Below, piece by piece: positions 28,829-38,564 of a DNA stretch of 64,000 nucleotides (position 1 is its first letter; every line of letters starts with the position of its first letter). The DNA comes from Dehalococcoidia bacterium (GTDB lineage: Bacteria; Chloroflexota; Dehalococcoidia; Lucifugimonadales; UBA3495), in assembly GCA_965203005.1 (NCBI GenBank), contig CBDBBS010000003.1, forward strand, positions 4,783 through 68,782, written 5' to 3'. The notes under the pieces were generated by a model that was not told the DNA's origin, searched no databases, and was given only the letters and a program-made list of their open reading frames with translations. The position numbers and the translations under genes are program-made.

Positions 28829-28975
28829 GGCAGGCTAACCGGGCCGCCGGGCAGACAAACCGGGGAAAAAGGCAGACAAACCGGGGAAAATGGCAGGCTA
28901 ACCGGGGAAAATGGGCAGACAAACCCGGCTGCTGCGGCAGGCTAACCGGGATGCAGCGGCAGACAAACCCGGCTC
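28829..28975 (+). repeat. Iteron-like array, block 1: 7 direct repeats with 21-22 bp period
   Basis: GGCAG starts at 28829, 28850, 28871, 28892, 28914, 28936, 28958. Two alternating cores: GGCAGGCTAACCGGG and GGCAGACAAACCSGG. Confidence 0.8.
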
Positions 28976-29002
28976 AGGGATGTGTAACAGTCAGTTGGGG
29001 AT

Positions 29003-30371
29003 ATGATGTTATCCGTTGGCTGAAAGCAACTGATGGTGTGCCGCAGTATTGATGACGCTCGAGTCGGTATGACTACTCCTCCATGGGTTTATAGTGATAG
29101 TTATGAAGAGATCCCACCGCGTCGCCCTGAAGCCCTCGTCCGAGCAGGAATCGCTGTTTGCGCAACACGCTGGCTACTCCCGCTTCGCCTACAACTGGGC
29201 GGTTGGCGAGTTCCAGACTGGGTTACATGTTGGCGAGTGGCTGACTGATCGCACCTTGCGGCCACGCTGGAACAAGATCAAGGGCATGATCGCCCCTTGG
29301 GGGCATGATCTGTCCCAGAACGCGGCCAAGTACGCCATCATCGACTTGGGGCAGGCTGCCAAGGCTTGGGGTGAGTATCACCGCAAAGTGAAGGCGGGCC
29401 AATTAGCAGGCCGCCGTGTGGGATTCCCCAGGTTCAAGCGGCGCAAGCATGAGCAGGGTTTTCGGGCCGACGACGGGCCGGACACCGTGAGAGTGGATGG
29501 CAAGGTCGTCATGCTGCCCAAGATCGGTCCAGTCCAGATGGTGGAATACCTACGCTTTGCTGGCAGCATCCGCGAGGTGACCATCAACCGAACGGCGGGG
29601 ACCTGGTTTGCCAGCTTCTGCATTGAGGACAGCAAGGAGCCGCCACCGGTGAAAGATGGTCCGACCATCGGCGTGGATGTGGGCGTGGGCACCATGGCCC
29701 TCTGCTCGGATGGGACCACTGTTGCCAACCCGAAGGCTCTGACTGATGCCCTGGGATGCCTGAGGCGTCTGGACAAGACGATTGCCCGGAGCAGAAACGT
29801 CCATGGCAGGAACAATTATTCCAACCGCAGGGAGCGGCTGTACGCCAAGCGGCGTAGGCTTCATGCCCGTGTGGTCAACATTCGGAATGACAATCATCAC
29901 AAGGCAACGACGGCGATAGCCAAGTCGGCGGGCAGAGTGGTGGTGGAGACTCTGAACGTGATGGGAATGATGCAGAACCGAAGGCTGGCCAGGGCCATCG
30001 CGGACGCGGGTATGTCGTCCTTTCTCGCGAAGCTGGAGTACAAGTGCATCTGGTACGGAGCAGAGTACATGAAGGCGGACCGGTGGTTTGCTTCGTCTAA
30101 GTTGTGTTCCCACTGCGGCTGGAAGAACGAAGACCTGTCCCTCTCCGACCGGGAGTGGTGGTGTGATGGCTGTGGTGTGCTGAACGACCGCGACGCCAAC
30201 GCGGCAGAGAATTTGGCGAAGTGGCCGGGTTTGAGCTTCCCGGTGTCAGGACGTGGAGACCGTGTAAGACCGGCTATGCCGGCGGCGGTCATTGAAGCGT
30301 CAACGGATCAGCCCCTGTTCTGACTGTGCCCGTGAGGCGGGCTGGTTAGGTTGTAGTTGATCCCGAATAGC
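29003..30371 (+). mobile_element. TnpB-only IS200/IS605-family element (family 2, copy A) inserted into the iteron array
   Basis: Left end ~TGTTATCCGTTGG and right end ...GATCCCGAATAGC are shared with copy B (57082-58452). Confidence 0.65.
29103..30323 (+). CDS. tnpB: TnpB RNA-guided nuclease family protein (family 2, copy A)
   Basis: RuvC motifs IGVDVGVGTMAL, VVVETLNVMGM, NDRDANAAENL; Zn ribbon CSHCGW...CDGCG. ATG 29103 aligns with the copy B start MKKAHRVALKP. Confidence 0.9.
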   Translation: MKRSHRVALKPSSEQESLFAQHAGYSRFAYNWAVGEFQTGLHVGEWLTDRTLRPRWNKIKGMIAPWGHDLSQNAAKYAIIDLGQAAKAWGEYHRKVKAGQLAGRRVGFPRFKRRKHEQGFRADDGPDTVRVDGKVVMLPKIGPVQMVEYLRFAGSIREVTINRTAGTWFASFCIEDSKEPPPVKDGPTIGVDVGVGTMALCSDGTTVANPKALTDALGCLRRLDKTIARSRNVHGRNNYSNRRERLYAKRRRLHARVVNIRNDNHHKATTAIAKSAGRVVVETLNVMGMMQNRRLARAIADAGMSSFLAKLEYKCIWYGAEYMKADRWFASSKLCSHCGWKNEDLSLSDREWWCDGCGVLNDRDANAAENLAKWPGLSFPVSGRGDRVRPAMPAAVIEASTDQPLF

Positions 30372-30536
30372 AGCAGGCTAACCGGGGAAAACGGGCAGAT
30401 AAACCCGGCTCTCCGGGCAGGCTAACGACGATGAAATCATCTCAGGCCGTTGTTCGTCTGCCGGCACGCTCATTTTGAGTAGGATTCTCCCAGCCTCATA
30501 GACGAGCTGGGGTCCGTTCCGGGCAGGCTAACGATG
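30372..30536 (+). repeat. Iteron-like array, block 2: 4 direct units plus 1 inverted core
   Basis: AGCAGGCTAACC 30372, GGCAGATAAACC 30394, GGCAGGCTAACG 30416 and 30522; inverted CGTCTGCC 30455-30462. TTTTGAGTAGGAWTCTCCC motif at 30472 recurs at 28802. Confidence 0.75.
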
Positions 30537-30537
30537 G

Positions 30538-31833
30538 TCACCGCTCCTCTTCTCCGCGCAGTGGCGGCAGGATTTTCCCGTGCACGACCCGGAGTTCACC
30601 AGCTTTCTCCAACTGGCGCACGTATCCCCAGGCCTCCCCCGGCTTCCTGCGCTCCGACCTGCTGGACATGGTCGGGAAGGTGAGGAATACCAGATCATCA
30701 TCCCTGATCACTGGATACCGTTCCGGATCGTCCACCTGCACCCATCGGCGCGCCTTTCCCTTGCCGACGGGTATCTTGGTAACCCCTGGGTTGTGCCACT
30801 GGTAGGCCAGGTTGATCAGCAACCGGTAGGCCGGAGCGGATTTCACCCCCCACAGGCGCAGGTTGTCGGACACCTGCGGGCCGTTGCCGGAGCCGGGGGG
30901 CAGGTCAACGATGATGCGCACCGACTCGTCCAGCGCCCCAGGACCGCGGGGTATGCCGCCCACGGACACGACCCTGCGGAGCTCGCTGCGCTTGGTCTGG
31001 GGATCGTACAGGGGCACCCTAGCGTCCCAGCTGTCCAGCGCCTCCACCGCGGCCATCAGCCTGGGCCAGTACTCGGCGGGGCTAGGGGTTCGGGTGGGAT
31101 ACAGCCATTTCAGGAACTCCCGCAGCGAGACCGACATGGCCACCGGCTGGCCCCGTTCCCGTTCCTGCATGGGCACGCTCAGCACCGACTCCACGAACAT
31201 CCGGAGCGCGAGGGGAGCGCCCCGGCCGGGGCTGATGGTGGGGCCGGCGCCCAGGTCATACAGAGCCAGGGGCAGGGCGGGAGAGGGCGTATCCGCGTTG
31301 GAGAAGCCGGGCATCACCAGCTGCTTACCGTCCGGACCGTACTCAGTGTGCGCTGCCGGGCTGAACAGCAGCCGCGGGTTGGTGGCGATGTTGGCCATGG
31401 CCAGGCGGGCCGGTATTACCCGGTCGGTCAGACGGCGATTGGGCTCCACCGGCCGGGGACGCTGCTGCCAGGCATTGACCAGGGGCGCCATAGGCCAGCG
31501 CACATCCTCACCGGCGTCCACCGCGCTGCGGTACACATCCCAGAGGTCCCCGATGGAAATCGCTGTTTCGCCGGAGGTGATCACCCCGTCGCACAGCTCC
31601 AGCGGCGGCTGGATCTCATAGCCAAGCAACGGCGATAGACGCTCGCACACGGCGTCGATGGTGTCGGGCGCGCAATCGTCGCCGTTGAGCCACTGGGCCA
31701 GGTCCTGGGCCGTGGGGCGCTCTCCCCGTCCCTGGGCCAGCACCTCGTTGGCTTTCTGGGTATTAGCCAAGTCGGTTATCAAACCTTCCAGCGTATCGGC
31801 GGTCGCCGGTTTCCTGTCACTCATCAACTCCAT
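30538..31833 (-). CDS. Hypothetical protein, candidate iteron-binding replication initiator
   Basis: Last gene of the primase/helicase operon; its stop abuts an iteron unit. C-terminus looks winged-helix-like (WGYVRQLEKAGELRVVHGKI). No diagnostic motif. Confidence 0.35.
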   Translation of the reverse strand: MELMSDRKPATADTLEGLITDLANTQKANEVLAQGRGERPTAQDLAQWLNGDDCAPDTIDAVCERLSPLLGYEIQPPLELCDGVITSGETAISIGDLWDVYRSAVDAGEDVRWPMAPLVNAWQQRPRPVEPNRRLTDRVIPARLAMANIATNPRLLFSPAAHTEYGPDGKQLVMPGFSNADTPSPALPLALYDLGAGPTISPGRGAPLALRMFVESVLSVPMQERERGQPVAMSVSLREFLKWLYPTRTPSPAEYWPRLMAAVEALDSWDARVPLYDPQTKRSELRRVVSVGGIPRGPGALDESVRIIVDLPPGSGNGPQVSDNLRLWGVKSAPAYRLLINLAYQWHNPGVTKIPVGKGKARRWVQVDDPERYPVIRDDDLVFLTFPTMSSRSERRKPGEAWGYVRQLEKAGELRVVHGKILPPLRGEEER

Positions 31834-32968
31834 ACCTCACGTCCCCGGCGTCGTCGCCGGTCTCGCCCTTCACTTCCCATCGTAAACCGGCGCTGGTATT
31901 CCAGCGCAGCTGCAGCGGGTCCGGCCTGGGCCCGTAGTTGCCCTTGACGAACTCCAGATTCCAGGTTCGTGGCCCGGGCTCCGGAGACTTGTCGATCTCG
32001 GCCTGCAGCGTCCACAAGGCCCGGGCCGCGCCCTGCCAGTCGGTGGACCCTGCATAGGTCAGCCCCGCCGACTTCGGGGGGTGCGCCAGTATCAGCACCG
32101 CGCAGTTGTTGGCCTGCCCCCAGGCGTCCCAGTGGGACACGAAGGCCCGTACCAGTCCCCGGGCGTTCTCGTCGGCGGCGTAGGCCGCGGCCAGGGGGTC
32201 CAGCACCAGCAGCCGGGCGTTCTCCTGCTCGCACAGTCGCCGCAACCGTTCGCCGGTAACCGTGAGTTCCGCCATGGTGGAGATGTGACGTCCCTGGGGC
32301 GGCGCCCACACCGGTCCCTCGCCCACCAGGTTGGCGATGCGGAGCTTCTCCAGCCGCTCCGGCTTCACCCAAGGAGCCGAGTTACCCGAGATCTGGTGTA
32401 GCCGCCGGTAGAACTCCTCGGGCTCGTCCTCCCAGGACGCGAAGACCACGTTGGCCCCGTCCGCGGGCACGGCATTGCCCAGCCGCATCGCCCGGCCGGG
32501 GCTGGAGATCCACTCGCCGTCATCGCCACCGGAAGCCACGCCGGCGGCTAACTGTAGCGCCAGTCGGGATTTCCCCGCGCCTCCCTCACCGGTCAGCAGG
32601 GCCACGCGCCCGGCGGGCAGTCTTTCGTCGATCAGCCACTGCCGCGGTTCCGGCAGCGTATTACCCCAGGTGGCCACCCGCAGCGGTGTGGCGATCTCGA
32701 TGGCCCGGGTCAACGTGTCCAGAGAGCCCCTGCGGTCGACCTGGACCATGGTCACCGCCTGACGAAAGCCGGAGGATTCCCGGTCCACGTCCCGGCGCAG
32801 CACCGCCAGAGCTTCCTGGGCGCGCCGGTGGCCATCGTCGGTGAGTGTGCCGGCCTCGATGTCGTCGGCCAGCTCCATCAGGTCCAGAAGTGCTTGGGAC
32901 TCCTCATCCGGCGATAGCTCAGCGCCCTCGAAGTTGGAAGCGTGGTGGTGGCCATTGTGGGTCGTCAT
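31817..32968 (-). CDS. AAA_25/RecA-like ATPase (RepA/DnaB-like replicative helicase family)
   Basis: Start ATG 32968 overlaps the primase stop (ATGA). Walker A LLTGEGGAGKSRLALQL, Walker B LLVLDPLAAAY. Confidence 0.7.
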   Translation of the reverse strand: MTTHNGHHHASNFEGAELSPDEESQALLDLMELADDIEAGTLTDDGHRRAQEALAVLRRDVDRESSGFRQAVTMVQVDRRGSLDTLTRAIEIATPLRVATWGNTLPEPRQWLIDERLPAGRVALLTGEGGAGKSRLALQLAAGVASGGDDGEWISSPGRAMRLGNAVPADGANVVFASWEDEPEEFYRRLHQISGNSAPWVKPERLEKLRIANLVGEGPVWAPPQGRHISTMAELTVTGERLRRLCEQENARLLVLDPLAAAYAADENARGLVRAFVSHWDAWGQANNCAVLILAHPPKSAGLTYAGSTDWQGAARALWTLQAEIDKSPEPGPRTWNLEFVKGNYGPRPDPLQLRWNTSAGLRWEVKGETGDDAGDVRYGVDE

Positions 32969-34086
32969 GCGGGCACCTCTTCCATCAGCAGCGCGGCTTG
33001 GCGCTGGGCCTCCCAGCGGGGCCAGCCGTTCATCTCCGCCAGGGTGTCGGCGTAACTGGGCCAACTCTCGGTCAACGTGGTGAAGGGGTTCATGGTGGAG
33101 ACGACACCGGCGTCCTTGCCCTCGGGCGGGAGCACCGCTCGGGCCGTGCCACCGTGGACGAGTACTGCACCGCACAACCGGATGGCGGCGCGCTGGCCGG
33201 CGGCGTCGTTGTCCGCATGGATCACCACGCCCTCTGTTGCGTTGGCCAACCATCGGGCAAAGCCTTCCGCCGTCATGCCAGCGTCTCCCATGCTGGCCAC
33301 CGCCGGACCCGAGAACCTTGCCGCCAGAGCCATGGCGTCGGCCACGCCTTCAGCGACTCTCACCGGCGCCTCGATGCTGGCCAACCGAGGGTCGCCCAGG
33401 ATCAGGACCGCGCCCGTCTTTTCTCCCAACGTGCGTTTGCCGAGGCCGCCATCCTGCTGGGGTCGGTCGAGGGCAGGGTTGCCCTCCCGGTCCACGGCCA
33501 TGATCTCAACCGCCTGCGGGTTCGGCAGACGTGGCCAGGCCTCGGCCCAGGTGGTGGGTTTGGCCAGCAGTGCCACCAGCGACCCCGCTCCGGTGTGTGG
33601 CCCGGGACGGGTGCGCGATGCCGGCAACCAGCGGAGCGGAGCAGGCGCTTCCACCTCGGGCCGCCACAGGTTGCGGTTGGCAAGCCAGCGGCGGGCGGGA
33701 TGATCAGCGTCCTTGGGTATGGCCACTGTCTCCGCCCAGATCCGGACTGGGTAGTCGGTTCTCGGCTGCTGACGCCGTGGCGGGGGCGTAGGCTGGTATG
33801 GCGCCGCTGCCGGTGGTATTGAAGGTCGGTTGCGGAGATGCGGGGTCACCAAGGTTTCGCGCAGCTCGTCGTTACGGCGGCAATCGAAGCAGTTAACGCT
33901 GATCCAGCCCTCGTCATTCACCCAGATGGCGGCCGGCGCGTTCTTCTTGCGGTGCTCCAGCGGGCAGAAGAAGCTCCAGCCGGTTTTGGATCGATTTGGC
34001 TTGACGCCTCGCAGATCGGGCAGGATGGCATTGACGATCAGCTGCTCCGATGCGGCAGCGCGATCAGCGATGGTAGAATACGTCAT
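32965..34086 (-). CDS. Toprim-domain primase-like protein with N-terminal zinc-binding motif
   Basis: Start ATG 34086. FFCPLEH...NCFDC, Toprim Glu in VRVAEGVADAMAL, DxD in VVIHADNDAAGQRAA. Confidence 0.7.
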   Translation of the reverse strand: MTYSTIADRAAASEQLIVNAILPDLRGVKPNRSKTGWSFFCPLEHRKKNAPAAIWVNDEGWISVNCFDCRRNDELRETLVTPHLRNRPSIPPAAAPYQPTPPPRRQQPRTDYPVRIWAETVAIPKDADHPARRWLANRNLWRPEVEAPAPLRWLPASRTRPGPHTGAGSLVALLAKPTTWAEAWPRLPNPQAVEIMAVDREGNPALDRPQQDGGLGKRTLGEKTGAVLILGDPRLASIEAPVRVAEGVADAMALAARFSGPAVASMGDAGMTAEGFARWLANATEGVVIHADNDAAGQRAAIRLCGAVLVHGGTARAVLPPEGKDAGVVSTMNPFTTLTESWPSYADTLAEMNGWPRWEAQRQAALLMEEVPA

Positions 34087-34298
34087 AAGCAGGGTCAACC
34101 TCTGTACAGATTGGCTCTGACAGCCGCCCGGTCCCACAACCGGGCGGCACTATTTTAGCAGCCGGGGATGATAATTGCGCCTCGCCAACCGTCGCCGATG
34201 GCGGAACCTTTGTGGCGAAGACGGCGGGCCGCTCGGGCGTCCATATGTACAGTTGTATCGATGTTGTAACGTACCAATGTTCATCAATACAGCCTGCC

Positions 34299-34590
34299 GC
34301 TATTCAGGATCTGATGAAATCTGATACTCCACGCACGGCGGAGTACACATCAGAGCCGTTTGACGCTTCACGGGCCACTGCCGGCATAGCCGGTCTTACA
34401 CGGTCTCCACGTCCTGGCACCGGGAAGCTCAAACCCGGCCATTGTTCCAAATTCAGTGCCGCGTTGAAATCGCGGTCGTTCAGTACTCCACAGCCACCGC
34501 ACGACCATTCCCGGTCAGACAGGGTCAGATCATCGTTCTTCCAGCCGCAGTGGGCGCACAGCTTCGACGATGCAAACCAACGGTCCGCCG
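34299..34590 (-). pseudogene. 3' fragment of family-2 tnpB plus right end (copy C)
   Basis: [67 protein letters not shown]... matches the C-terminus of 57083-58333. Has a 9-bp insertion near the end. Confidence 0.85.
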
Positions 34591-34747
34591 CGAGTACCAC
34601 CACACCAAGCCAATGATTCCGCCGTGCTGGTGGCGTCAAGCATGACGCTGAACTTTATTCCCGGGTATGCTACACCCAAAATCCTTGTATAGCTTTGGCT
34701 TCGTGAGATACGGCCCAGCGCGCGTTGTCCCGCGTCACAGGAGACCT

Positions 34748-35854
34748 ATGAGGAATCGCCTGGACAGAATAACCATCAGAGGGTTCAAGACCATTGCGGA
34801 GCTGGAAAACTTTGAACCTGGGTCTTTGTCTGCTCTGATCGGTCCCAACGGGGTTGGCAAGTCCAACTTCATCGCCTTTTTCCGCATGATGAGCTGGGCG
34901 TTGGCCGACCACGATAATCTACGCTTCTTCGTCAGCGAACGGGGAGGCGCCAGCAAGCTTCTCCACGATGGACCCAGCCGCACACGGGAGATCGAAGCCG
35001 ATCTGACCATCAGGACCGACGCCGGCGAGAATCAGTACAATTTTCGCCTGTTCTACGCCGCGGATGATCAGCTGATTTTCGCCGACGAGCGGTACCGGTT
35101 CTCCCGAGCGGGTTTCGGCAGCCTCGCTCCATGGCGTAGTGCCGGAGCTGGACACCGCGGTCCACAGTTATTGACTCTTGCAGTTTCGGACGACACTGCC
35201 CGGGTCATCCGCACTTTGCTGCAAAGGATAGTGGTGTACCAGTTTCACAATACCTCGGATACCGCGCGCATCCGAAGCAAATGGAACGTGGACGATGATC
35301 GGTTCCTGAAAGAGGATGGCGCCAACCTGGCGCCAGTGCTCTACAGGCTGAGGGAGACCGATAGGGGTTGCTACCAGCGCATTGTGGACACGATCCGTCT
35401 GATCCTGCCGTTCTTCTCGGACTTCGCGCTGGAGCCTGACGGTAACAGCCTGCTACTACAGTGGCGAGAGCGCAACAGTGACGAGGTATTCAGCGTGTCC
35501 CAGGCTTCCGACGGCATACTGAGGGTGTTGGCGCTGGTGGCCTTGCTCCTGCAGCCGGAGGGGGATCAGCCGGACGTCATGATATTGGACGAACCGGAAC
35601 TGGGCCTGCATCCCTACGCGATCAACATCATCGGCGGCCTGATCAACGCTGCCGCAACGCGCATCCAGATCATCCTGGCAACTCAGTCCATGGCCCTGGT
35701 CGACTGCTTCGATCCCGAGGATGTGGTGGTGGTCGAAAGGGAGGGACGCGGTTCGGTCTTCCGACGGCTGTCCTCTGAGGCTCTGGACGTTTGGCTCGAG
35801 GATTACTCGCTCTCCGAGCTGTGGGAGAAGAACGTAATCGGCGGGCGACCGTGA
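34748..35854 (+). CDS. ABC-type AAA_15/AAA_21 ATPase (OLD/PARIS AriA-like architecture)
   Basis: Start ATG 34748 after AGGAG. Walker A GPNGVGKSN, Walker B VMILDEPELGLHP. Confidence 0.75.
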   Translation: MRNRLDRITIRGFKTIAELENFEPGSLSALIGPNGVGKSNFIAFFRMMSWALADHDNLRFFVSERGGASKLLHDGPSRTREIEADLTIRTDAGENQYNFRLFYAADDQLIFADERYRFSRAGFGSLAPWRSAGAGHRGPQLLTLAVSDDTARVIRTLLQRIVVYQFHNTSDTARIRSKWNVDDDRFLKEDGANLAPVLYRLRETDRGCYQRIVDTIRLILPFFSDFALEPDGNSLLLQWRERNSDEVFSVSQASDGILRVLALVALLLQPEGDQPDVMILDEPELGLHPYAINIIGGLINAAATRIQIILATQSMALVDCFDPEDVVVVEREGRGSVFRRLSSEALDVWLEDYSLSELWEKNVIGGRP

Positions 35855-35931
35855 CGGGGATCCGGCTGCATTTCATCGTCGAGGGGCAAACCGAGGAAAC
35901 CTTCGTCAATCGGGTGCTCAAGCCGTTGTAA
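35851..35931 (+). pseudogene. DUF4276-like (Toprim-like) gene, N-terminal 26 codons, truncated next to IS21
   Basis: GTGA overlap with the ATPase stop. VTGIRLHFIVEGQTEETFVNRVLKPL, then stop. Confidence 0.55.
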
Positions 35932-36094
35932 AAATGGTTGATTTTAGTTACAAACTATCGTCAGCCATTCCTGAAGGCGCGGTCTGTGCCGTGCCGCCGC
36001 TGTGAATTTTCATCGTCATTGACCGAGATTTTCACGGTCATTGACCACCTTGGGAGCGCGGTGATTTAGCTAATATCAGGTTGTAGTTGGCCGG

Positions 36095-36862
36095 TCAATC
36101 ACCCCCTTCGTTGCTGAGCAGGGCGCGGTGTGGGGACAGCCGTTCCCGGTAGCTGGTGCCCTCGATGACGATCTGGTAGCTGGCGTTGGCCAGCCGGTCC
36201 AGGGCGCTGTTGCCCAGAATGGGATCGTCGAAGAGGCTGAGCCATTCTTCGACGGCTCGGTTGCTGGTGATGACGAAGCTGGAGGACCGGTGTCGGTTGA
36301 GGATGAGTTCGTAAAGATCGGCGGACTGCTGGGCGGTAAGGCGGTGGAGCCCCAGGTCATCGAGGATGAGCAGGTCGGGGGTGAGGAAGGATCGGAAGGC
36401 GCGGTCGACGGAGTTGTCGACCCGAGCCTGCGCCATGGCCCTGAAAAAGCCGTCAGCGTGGCTGAAGCGGACGGTGTGTCCGGCGCGGACTGCCGAGTAG
36501 CCCAGGGCCTGGGCCAGGAAGCTCTTGCCGACACCAGCAGGTCCCACCAGCAGCACGTGCTCGTGCTTGTCCAGAAACTCCAGGGAGAAGACGGCGTCCA
36601 GCAGTCGGCGATCCAGAGTAATTGACGCCGACCAGTCGAAGTCCTCCAGCCGGCAGGTCTCCTCGAAACCGGCGCTATTGAGCCGCACTTCGATGCGGCG
36701 TTGGGCGCGGCGGCTGACCTCGTCGCTGAGAATGATCTCCAGGAAGGAGGCGTAGTCCAGCTGTTCACGACGGGCCAAGGCGATGCGTTCGGGTAGAGTG
36801 GCGGCCATGGCGCCCAGCTTGAGGTTCTTGAGCAGAGGGGTGAGTTCGGTTACGCGGGTCAT
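36095..36862 (-). CDS. istB: IS21 helper ATPase IstB
   Basis: Walker A LLVGPAGVGKSFLAQALG, LLILDDLG. Confidence 0.9.
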   Translation of the reverse strand: MTRVTELTPLLKNLKLGAMAATLPERIALARREQLDYASFLEIILSDEVSRRAQRRIEVRLNSAGFEETCRLEDFDWSASITLDRRLLDAVFSLEFLDKHEHVLLVGPAGVGKSFLAQALGYSAVRAGHTVRFSHADGFFRAMAQARVDNSVDRAFRSFLTPDLLILDDLGLHRLTAQQSADLYELILNRHRSSSFVITSNRAVEEWLSLFDDPILGNSALDRLANASYQIVIEGTSYRERLSPHRALLSNEGGD

Positions 36863-36875
36863 GGGTATAATCTCC

Positions 36876-38447
36876 TCAGGCCGACTTCCGGCGGTACGGA
36901 TCGCTTTGGGCGAAGACGGATCCGGGCCGAGCGAAGCGGCCGGTGGGCAGGGGCAGCGGCAGTTGGGGCGTGGTTTCCTCTTCCAAAGCCTGGACCAGGA
37001 TGTTCTCCACGCGATAGACGTCGATGAGGTCGACGTCCAGGGCCCGCCGACAGGCGGCGTCCAGGCGCTGGGCGGTGTAACGGTCGCCCAGGCGCAGCAG
37101 CTTATGTCCCTGCCTGATCTTGGACCAGGGGTGGTCGCCTGCGAAGAGGCGCTCGGCGAATTCGCCCACCGCCGGTCCCAGGTTGGCAGCCTCGCGCTTG
37201 AGCCCGTCCGGAGCCCTGGTGGTGTAGGGGGCGACCTTGGGGGGATAGTCGGCGACGTCGGTGGAGCGGCCGCCTTTGGGCTGGCGCTCGTGGGTCTTGA
37301 TGAGCTGGCCGCGGTGGTAGATGCGCACCAGCTTGCTGTCCACCCTGACCTCCACCTTCAGGCCGGGCCGGCAGAGGTGGGAGGGCACCGAGTAGAGTGC
37401 ATCCAGGCACTTGATGTGATGGTCCTGATGGACGGTGTTGGTGCGCCAGTTGGCGATCTCGTAGGGTACGGCGTCCCAGGGGATCAGGGTGTGTCGCTCC
37501 TCATCCTGGAAGACCACCAGCGGTTTCTTGTGCGTGGTGCCGTGGATGCGCATGCCGGCCACCTCCAGGCACCATCTGGGCGCGGCGGCGCGCACGTGGG
37601 TGAAATCGTTGAAATCGGTGCCCTTGAAGAAGCGTTCCCTGGCGTAGGGCACCTTGCGTTCCACCTTGGGCTTGTCCTGGGGATGACCCTTGCGGGCCGG
37701 GTCGGGGATGAAGCCCCGGTGCTGGGCGTACTCCAGGAAGCCCCTGGTGAGAATGGGATTGAGCGGATCCGTGCCCACCACGGCAGCGGGGAAATTGTCG
37801 ATGACCAGGTACTTGGGCATCCCGCCGAAAAACGCCCACGCCGCTTCCAGTCCGGCGATGACGTCCGGAAGCTTCTGCTGCATCATGGGCCAGACGAAGC
37901 AGTGGCGGGAGTGGCACATCACGATGACCATGGCCCACACCGCCTTGCGCTTGCCGGTGGCTGGGTCGGTGATCATGCCCAGCCGGCCGAAGTCGGCCTC
38001 GGCCACTTCTCCTGGTGGCGTGTCCGCCATCCGCACCGTGGTCTTGCTGCGACGCCGCCAGTTGCGGTTGATGATGAAACGGCGCAGCGACGGGTACGAT
38101 ACCTGGCATCCCCGCATGCCCAGCAGCTCGTGGATGCGGGTCATCTGCAGCCGGTCTTTGGTGATCCACTGGTAGATCTGGTCAGACCACGGCTCCAACT
38201 GGTCCTGCCGTGGCGTGGCTGCCTGCCGCGGTCCCGACAGACTGATCGTCGCCAGCCGGACCAACTGCTCCTCGCTGGGCGGCGGTCCTTCCTGGGCGAT
38301 GCCCTCAGCCTGCGCCGCCGCCAAGTACTTCCGTACCGTGTTGCGGGACAGCCCGGTCCCAAAGGCAATCCGCCCTGGGACATCCCCCGCCTGCCAGCGG
38401 CGGATTATCTCTTTTATCTCCATCCTGGAAACCTCCCGGTAGGCCAT
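36876..38447 (-). CDS. istA: IS21 transposase IstA
   Basis: 523 aa. N-terminal HTH (EIKEIIRRWQAG...GLSRNTVRKYL) and a DDE core; sits directly upstream of istB. Confidence 0.9.
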   Translation of the reverse strand: MAYREVSRMEIKEIIRRWQAGDVPGRIAFGTGLSRNTVRKYLAAAQAEGIAQEGPPPSEEQLVRLATISLSGPRQAATPRQDQLEPWSDQIYQWITKDRLQMTRIHELLGMRGCQVSYPSLRRFIINRNWRRRSKTTVRMADTPPGEVAEADFGRLGMITDPATGKRKAVWAMVIVMCHSRHCFVWPMMQQKLPDVIAGLEAAWAFFGGMPKYLVIDNFPAAVVGTDPLNPILTRGFLEYAQHRGFIPDPARKGHPQDKPKVERKVPYARERFFKGTDFNDFTHVRAAAPRWCLEVAGMRIHGTTHKKPLVVFQDEERHTLIPWDAVPYEIANWRTNTVHQDHHIKCLDALYSVPSHLCRPGLKVEVRVDSKLVRIYHRGQLIKTHERQPKGGRSTDVADYPPKVAPYTTRAPDGLKREAANLGPAVGEFAERLFAGDHPWSKIRQGHKLLRLGDRYTAQRLDAACRRALDVDLIDVYRVENILVQALEEETTPQLPLPLPTGRFARPGSVFAQSDPYRRKSA

Positions 38448-38564
38448 CGCTGCACCTCAACATCGAAGTGCGGCAATGGTCGCCGATCTGGCTCCCAAGG
38501 TGGTCAAAGACCATGAAAATCCCGGTCAAAGACCGTGAACATTTCGCGATTTAGATGATCAAAG

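Larger units (their letters stand above)
36001..38548 (-). mobile_element. IS21-family insertion sequence (istA-istB)
   Basis: Imperfect ~55-bp terminal inverted repeats with doubled GGTCAAWGAC-N-TGAAAAT motifs (36001-36057 and 38490-38548). Confidence 0.85.

Noticed and set aside
28829-28975. Possible CRISPR array (regular short repeats)
   Set aside because: The period is only 21-22 bp with no unique spacers, two alternating core variants and no cas genes. Iterons or binding sites fit better.
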